Positions 56,553-64,000 of a stretch of 64,000 bases of DNA are shown piece after piece. Every line of letters begins with the position of its first letter. Position 1 is the first letter of the stretch. A program made the position numbers and the translations under genes. The notes under the pieces were generated by a model. It did no database searches, was not told where the DNA came from, and was given only the letters and a program-made list of their open reading frames with translations. The stretch comes from Balanoglossus misakiensis. Its lineage: Eukaryota > Animalia > Hemichordata. The DNA is taken from NCBI GenBank assembly GCA_040954595.2, contig CM082576.2, forward strand, positions 7,877,129 to 7,941,128, given 5' to 3'.

Positions 56553-59500
56553 TAGGGTCACTTAATGTGGTCGCCTTGCTACTCGAGAAGGGTTGCGACC
56601 CGGGCTACACGGGTTCAGGTCACTGGCACAAGACAGCCCTGCACGAGGCAGCCGAGCACAACTGCGCGGAAATCGGGGAGTTGCTGGTGCAGACCAGACC
56701 GGAGATACTCCACCAGAGGGACGACTACGGCCTCAGTCCGTGCCAGGTGGCAGCGCTGGAGGGCCACACGTCGTTCATTCAGGTAAGGCGTGGACATTCC
56801 TGAAAAGAAACATGCAAGCCCCACCCCCTTAACACACCTGCTTAGCCGATGGCATTTTTAAGTACGACAGCAGTCAATGACATGTCTGTTTTCCGTTCCC
56901 TTTCCATCCCCAGGTGTTACTCAAACGCGAGGCCAGAAAATCCGACCGTCGGATGAGTCTCCTGGCAACGGTTCTCCAAGAGGATCTCGGGAATCACATA
57001 ACAGACGAGGACGTGGTCAGATCGTTGGCGGAGCTGGTCGTCAACAACAGCGGCAACGTGGTCAAGAAGATCGAACTCTTACTTGCCATTAGTGAGTCGA
57101 GTCGATTTTGAACGATGTCATATAAACAGCTCGACAATTCTGGCCGTCGACTAAAACGTGTTACAGATATAACGAAATCATGGAAAACCATGAAGTACTT
57201 GTGAAATTGGCCTTTACTTTCACTAATTATGCATGGCTTTTGTATTTTTCTTTATTTTTTTCGCGAAGTTCCTGATACGGATATCAACGCCAGTAATGAA
57301 GATGGGATGACAGCCTTACACCACGTGATGGTCACTGCCAACGTTCAAGTTCTCCACTGCCTGCTGGGTCGCGGCGCCGACCCGATGGCTCGGTCCAACC
57401 GGGATGCCACGCCGCTGCACATGCTTCTGCAGCAACGCCACGTCAACGTGATGAGTATGGCCGACTTGTTGCTGCGGTTTTGCCAAGACAGGGCGGACTA
57501 CGTGAACCTGAGCGACGGGCACGGCAAGACGGCCCTGCACCTGGCCTCGCGGTCTGGTCTGCTGGACGTGGTGGGATTGCTGCTGGCGTCCGGGGCCGAC
57601 GTCAACGCGCGGTGTAATGTGGGTATGACCGCCTGTCACGAAGCCGTGTTGGGCGCCAGCGAGAAGGCGGTGGAAGTAATAGAACTGCTTCACCAAGCAG
57701 GTATGGATTGAAGTTGAAGTGTGGTTTTGTTTTGCTTTGATCGTGTACTTTTCCATGCACATCTGAACTTCACTGGTGACAGTTCATATCCCTTTGAAAA
57801 TGGACCATTTCAGTTTTCCAGTATTTTTAATTTTCATAACTTCACACGACCTTGTATTCCTCAGACGCCGATCTTAATAAGCCGGATTGTAACGGATCGG
57901 CCCCAGTGCATTATGCTTCGAAACTCGGCGACGCGGACATCCTGGAGGGTCTCCTCGAGTTCGGGGCAGACTCCGACGCCGCCGACCACTGCAAACGAAC
58001 CCCGCTCCACGTTCTCGTCATCGAGCACCGCGGCGACGACGACGACGTGGAAAAGCTGGTTGAACTGTTGGTGCCGTCGCCGGGCCACGAACCGATCGAC
58101 AACGTCGACGAAGACGGACTGACGGCCGCGCACCGCGCCGCCAAGCTGAAGAAGATCGACATCATGGCGGTGTTGATGGGCAGGAGCGCGGACGCGGTGA
58201 AGCGGGCGGGCAAGTGGCAAGAAACGCCGCTGGAGATGGTGTTTCACGACACTCTGATTAAGGCGGTGGCGGTAAGTATCGTCATGGTCTATCATCCGGG
58301 ACAACTTCAGCTGTAATAACGCTGCGATACTTTTAACAGCTACTGAATTTGAAGGTGCCTTGTGATTGGTGGAAAGTTAATGGCCTTTGACCGGTGACCC
58401 AGTGTACTGTTGCCGACAAAGTCAAACGACAGCACAGCCACAGAAACGCACGCCATTGAAGCCTTTTCTAACTTTACAGGACGACGAGATGGCAAGTAAT
58501 TTGGAAGTAACTGAGAAGATCGTCAAATCGGAAATAGTCGCCGTCAGTCCTCACCCGGTAAAGACCGCTTTACATTACGCTAACGTTTTTAAGAAGATGG
58601 CAAAGGCGAAAAAGGTGCGTGTAAGCTTTTTATATAGTGATTGAATAGTTGGTGACAGAAAGAGTATCTTGCAACATCTAAAGAATCTCTTTTTGTCATT
58701 CGAAACGATGAATTTGGTGGGTTCAAACTTACTTCAGGGCGAAGTCAGTATTCCTCCATCTTATCATATTTCAGGATCTGTACGAAAATTACGAGGCGCT
58801 GGCCGAGAGAATGGACGAACTGGCCGTGAAGCTGCTTGACCAGTGTCCCGGGCGAAAAAGCGCCAACGTCTTGATCCAAGATAATCGCGAGTATTTGCTG
58901 AACGATGCCCTGGAGAATAAACACAGACGGGTGAGTATCCTTTGATTCCAGAGTTACGTATATACATGAAGATATATTCTTCACCTGTTGTACGCTGGAA
59001 CACAATGTGCTGTAGTGGCTTATAAGCTGTGCAAACTCTCGTCACTGAAGAACATTTTTTATCGTCGTTTCTCCATTGACAGTTCATCTCGGCGAATTAC
59101 ATTCAACGGTACCTGCGGGAAATCTGGTACGGCGACATGTACAAGATCTACGGCACGTCGCACTGCCGGGAAATACGCCTCTACGGAACGCTGTACTTCC
59201 TCACGCCGGTACTCCTGCCGTTCGCCCTGCTGCTCTACCTCTGCTGCCTGCCGTTCCATCTGTGCTGCCGCTACAAACACCAGCACGACGCCGCCGAGGA
59301 CGGCGACGAAGTCACCGTCCAGCGCTCCAGCTCCGCCCGACGGTACAGCGAGGACGACATACTGCCGACCGCGCGCAGAAGGCGTCGCTGCAGAAACTGC
59401 TGCCGTGGCAGCCACTGCTGTCGCGGGAGCTGCTGCGAGTCTCTGTACAACAACCTCACCAGTTACTTCTACTTCGTGTTCGTCGTCTCCAAGAACTGCC

Positions 59501-61874
59501 CCTACATGTTGTTCTACGCCAACCTCGTCTCCTACATCGTTTTCCTGCTGCTCCTCGTCATAAGATGCACCAATCACACCGACTACTACACCCTGGACAG
59601 TCTGCCCGTCGTGGACATCTTCCTCTTCGTATTCATTCTCGGATACCTCATGGAGGAGATCAGGCAGTTCGCGCAGGCGCCTACCGCCAGGGACTACTTC
59701 AGTACAACCAGCAACAAATTTGACGTCTTCATGATCGTTGCACTGATCGCCATCATGGCCTACGACATAGCCATCATAATGACCGGCATATCGTGGGAGC
59801 AAGAGGAAATAGCGGTGACCAGCAGCATCGCCATCGCCTTGGTAACTCTGGTGGCGCACTTTCGGTAAGTAGTCGGCGGCACACCTCAAGTCAGCTCGAT
59901 TAGCTGGTATTGAAACTTGCCTTATTTTTTTCCACGACCGCTCGTGACTTTTTTACGTTTGTTTGTAGGTTGATGTTTTTCCTCCAGGAAAGTCACAGCA
60001 TCGGACTTCTCGAACTGACGTTTTCTCGGATGTTCAACGATGTTGGTCAGATGTTGATATTTTTGCTTGTCGGCTTGCTGGCGTTCAGTTTGAGCATCAT
60101 AAAGGTAAACATAAAAAATAATAATATGAAATTGTGAATATTTCCAGGGCGAATCTGCACGACTTATCGGAGATTGCAGATTAAAACCAATTGAAGTTGA
60201 AATAAAGTGTTATTGCGTTTGGTTTATCTTGAATCAAGGACCAATACACTAGCTTCGGGATCAGTATCGTTTACTAAGGTCCACGAGATGTAATTTTTTA
60301 CTCTTTTCGCGTTTTGTGTAATTACCGCGGCTGTTTTGTTGGAATAATTCTAACTTACTTTGCATTTGCAGACTTACTCATTACTAGCCGGCACATATGA
60401 TGGGGAGGTTGGAGTGCCACCAGACGACGGCTCCCAGGCGAATGAGACAGACACTGGCTACGATATCGGCGGTGATGTGTAAGTCCTGGCACTTTTCTGC
60501 ACTATCTCTCTGTCACGCTCATAGAAACCTTCTATCCAAGATGGCTGTCTTTTTTTGTATATCTCTCTCTCCTCTTGTAGCATCATTGGTCAGTGAGACA
60601 AGAGGTGTTTTGTAAAACGCATTTTTTTTCGTTTACAGGTTGTTTTCTCAAATAGAAGATCTGTTCTGGACTCTGTTCGGTCTCGGCCAAATCGAATCGT
60701 TCGAGTCCGATTTCCTCCTGGTCGAAGCAACAGGCAAACTCTTGTTCGCTGTGTACAACCTGTTGGCCGTCATCGTTCTACTGAACATGCTGATAGCCAA
60801 AATAAGCGACACCTACAACAGAATCGAGGTACGCAATGATTCAATAACTGTAAAAAAAAATATGACATCTGACAACAGACACCTGATGTCTTAATATATT
60901 TCTCTCATGTTTAATCACAGCCCCGTGTCATCGTAGAGGGACTGTGCTCTAATATTGGGGGGTTACTCTGTCTTGTTTTTCACAGGAAAACTCTGCACTG
61001 ATCTACAACTATGAACGTGCAAAACTGACGTTGGAGTTCCGTGGGGCAGGCGATACCCCCGTTCCCTTCAACCTCATCGTGGACACCTATACCTTCATTG
61101 TTTTCATATTACGTCAGATGAAACGATGCTGCAGAAATACGTGTGGAAAATGCCTGGTAATAAGTAAAGTCTTTAATGATCAGGTTTCCTTTCGAACATG
61201 GCATTAATGCTATCTATGAGAGCACCGAACGTGGGTTGTAAAATGCATTCCGACCGAGTTTGGTCGAGTTGCAAATTGTTGTATTTTTGTCAACTTACCC
61301 ATGATTCTTTGTACTGGGATTTTGTATGTGAAGTGAAAGTTAGCAATTGCAATAGTACAAAAATACATGAACTAGGGTTTTTAGTGTTGAAACTGTATTG
61401 TGTTTTAAAGTCGCCTATTTCGTGTCATTGCAGAGGAAAGCACCCAACGAGGCGGAGGACAAGCTGAGCGCGACCGAGGAGCAGCGAGACGAAAGCGCCA
61501 GCCTGCAGAGCGACCCCGCCACGGAGAACATACTGGTGGGCTACGCGGCAGGGCGCCGCCGCTCGACCATCCTGAAAGGCAGGCGGCACGACCGCAGCGG
61601 CAGCCTGACTCACCAGCACATCAAGTCGGTGGACGAGATCAACGAATTCGTCCGCGACAGCTTTCTGAAGCGGGAGAAGGAGATCAACGTGTACGGCCTG
61701 GAACAGGTCCAGACGCACCTGGTGGCCAGCGCCACCAACCTGGAGCGCGACATCCGGGGCCTGGCTGAAGAAGTCGAGGGTCTGCAGACCACCGGAGAGG
61801 AATACTTCAGCATTCTGGAGAGAGATATGAACATCACGCAGAGGTTGATCAAACAGTGTTTAGAACAGGCGTAG
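53705..61874 (+). CDS. Ankyrin-repeat TRP cation channel (TRPC/TRPN-related), 16 exons, ~1639 aa
   Basis: Exons 53705-54819, 55156-55292, 55454-55653, 56101-56206, 56556-56782, 56914-57091, 57269-57700, 57865-58271, 58480-58614, 58775-58930, 59083-59864, 59969-60104, 60372-60478, 60639-60828, 60986-61156 and 61434-61874 join in one open frame. Contains ~13-14 ankyrin repeats, six TM segments, pore LFWTLFG, S6 VLLNMLIAKISDTY and post-TRP-box PVPFNLI. Confidence 0.88.
56394..56550. repeat. (GTT/GTC)n microsatellite abutting a splice acceptor
   Basis: Array runs directly into TTTAG at 56551-56555. Confidence 0.95.
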
Positions 61875-63029
61875 ACATCAGCATATAACCAAGTGGCAGT
61901 CGGCGTGTAAAACTAAAAAGTGAACGTGTCCTTAAAATACCATCAATAGTAAGGAACACCCCTCGCTTGAGAGGTGGGGAATGCCCTTATGGTTTGGACG
62001 TCTGTGTCTCAGCGGTGAATGTGGAAGCCCAAATGGCTGTTTAGCATTATAAGTGTTGTTTAATTCTGTTCTCAGTCACATAGGACCGTGTACCATTTGT
62101 ATAACTGTACAGCACCCACGTGGTTTTTTACTTAAATTGATCGAACAAGCTACATCAAAGATTGATCTGAACATCTTACTGTCTTATTTTCTCCTTTTCA
62201 AAAATCCTTACATTTGTGTTACTTAAGGTAGGGGACTATCAAGATGCAATGCATGGTTATCATATTCCATAGCCTTATATGTAGAATTTTGAAAAATCAC
62301 TTGAAATGTATAGAAAAGGTGCCAAAAGAGAAGCGTCACTATAATTATGATATAAAAAGAAAATGGTGTGTTCTCATTGTGATGTATAAATTAAATTATG
62401 ACAAAACTAACGCCATTGTATTTTTGACGGACTTTTTTAAAAACACAAATATGACCATATTATTATTCGTATACATATTGAATAAATATTCGTGCCTCTA
62501 AAATGTTTGTGCGTCCTGTAGTATAGTGGCATGCGTGAATCGCGCGCGTTCTCGCAAATGGCTGTGGTCAAGCACAATGCACTGTGACGCAACCGCTCTG
62601 AAAACAATCGGCGTTCGAACGCAAACTGTGGGCGCGTCACTCTGTTCGCAGATGTGTTGTACGTACAACTAACAAAAAACTCCAGCCTCAATCTCCGAGT
62701 AATTTCTACAACAAAATACTCTAATTTCCAAATTTGTTCAGCAATTCAAATCAATAGGTATTCCCCATTGTTTTCGGTAAGTTATAAAGATTGTATATTC
62801 ATTATACATTTATTTTTGTAACCACAATGAAACGTAGGTACACTCACGGTACAGACGAAGTCGAGCAGAGTTTACACATATATACAAATACGTGTACTGG
62901 TTTCGGTTTGTCATACGAACCCAAAGTTTCAGTAGGAGTTATTTTAGAAACGTGATACCCAACCTACAAAATACTCTTACAAATTAATTCTCTCACTCTC
63001 TCTTTCTCGCCCTCCGTGTCACACCTCTC

Positions 63030-63199
<170 letters not shown>

Positions 63200-63201
63200 A
63201 T

Positions 63202-64000
63202 ATGTCTTCTTTCCAACACGATTCTCAATCTGGTCGCCACGCGAGACGAAATCAAAAGTCTCAGAAGACCAAAGTTGTTCCATTTGAACTAGATGACGAT
63301 GACAAAAGTCAGTACAGTCAGTCTGAAATAAGGGTGTCTTCTGTTGAAACTTCTCCTCGAACTTCTCGAACGCCGGCTCGTAATATCAGAAGTAAGCACT
63401 ATACGCATTTAGGCAGTCATACGGTATCAATTTTTGGTTCGCAATTTCACAAGGAGTTGTCTCTCTGACGGTTTGTCACACTACCAGGGAATAATTTTGC
63501 TTTGGTGGCAACTTTTATCGTTTTGTTTTAAGTATACTCTTCCCAACTTTATTCTTCCCATTTTGAATTCTCCGCGAATTTGAACGCTACCCATTTGAAT
63601 TGTTCACTCTGTATAACTTTGGCTGACCTTTGACGACATATGGCCAAGATGAAAACATCTTCAACAAACTTGTTTGAACATCAACAAATAAAAAAACAAT
63701 GACCTGGTTTTATTAGAACGAAAATCCGCCAACGATGATTGTTTTTCATCGATGAATGATGTGTTTCCAAATTCCCATTTTATTTATCAGGTGACATCTT
63801 GCCTTCTATGCTGGTCAGTGATGACGCGATTGCTGCTGATCCGGCACTGGTTGCTAAGCCGAAGCGTCGTAGCAACCGTCGCGGCAAATCACCGGCACGG
63901 GTGATGAAGAAAGCGGATCCGTCCAAACTTCTCGCCCTGCAATCTCCCGACGGCATCGAAACCGTGGATTTAAATGACGTGCCCTCTGGAGGGCGCCTTG
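63202..64000 (+). CDS. 5' part of an unidentified gene (two exons, truncated by the window end)
   Basis: Exon 63202-63391 (MSSFQHDSQSGR...PARNIR, GTAAGC donor, phase 1) joins in frame to exon 63791-64000 (SDILPSMLVSDD...KRRSNRRGKSPAR...), which has no stop. Low-complexity sequence with no recognisable domain. Confidence 0.5.

Noticed and set aside
59059-59889. 276-aa minus-strand ORF (also 57316-57762, 57861-58304 and 61425-61718)
   Set aside because: Antisense shadows of GC3-rich TRP channel exons, with no independent motifs.

Overview
Eukaryotic, intron-containing animal genomic DNA. It looks like an invertebrate deuterostome such as a hemichordate or echinoderm, but this is a guess from gene content and style. 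The left ~25 kb holds a cluster of three AP-1-family bZIP genes: two divergently transcribed ATF3/JDP2-like paralogs and a Fos gene. All three share the 108-nt phase-0 basic-region exon and lie in DNA strongly enriched for CRE and AP-1 sites. One ATF3-like paralog carries a tandem duplicate of the exon encoding the ATF3 N-terminal 'LIKxGLKFAIQ' motif. After ~13 kb of non-coding DNA come an intronless orphan class A GPCR with altered sodium-pocket residues, then tightly packed NDUFAF7, ESF1 and CLN3. Next is a 16-exon, ~1640-aa TRP channel with ~13-14 ankyrin repeats, a TRPC/TRPN-type pore and Cys-rich inserts, and finally the 5' end of an unidentified gene. A 94-bp TAA-flanked MITE and several microsatellites are also present. 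Gene models were spliced by hand from GT-AG sites and frame continuity; no database searches were run.
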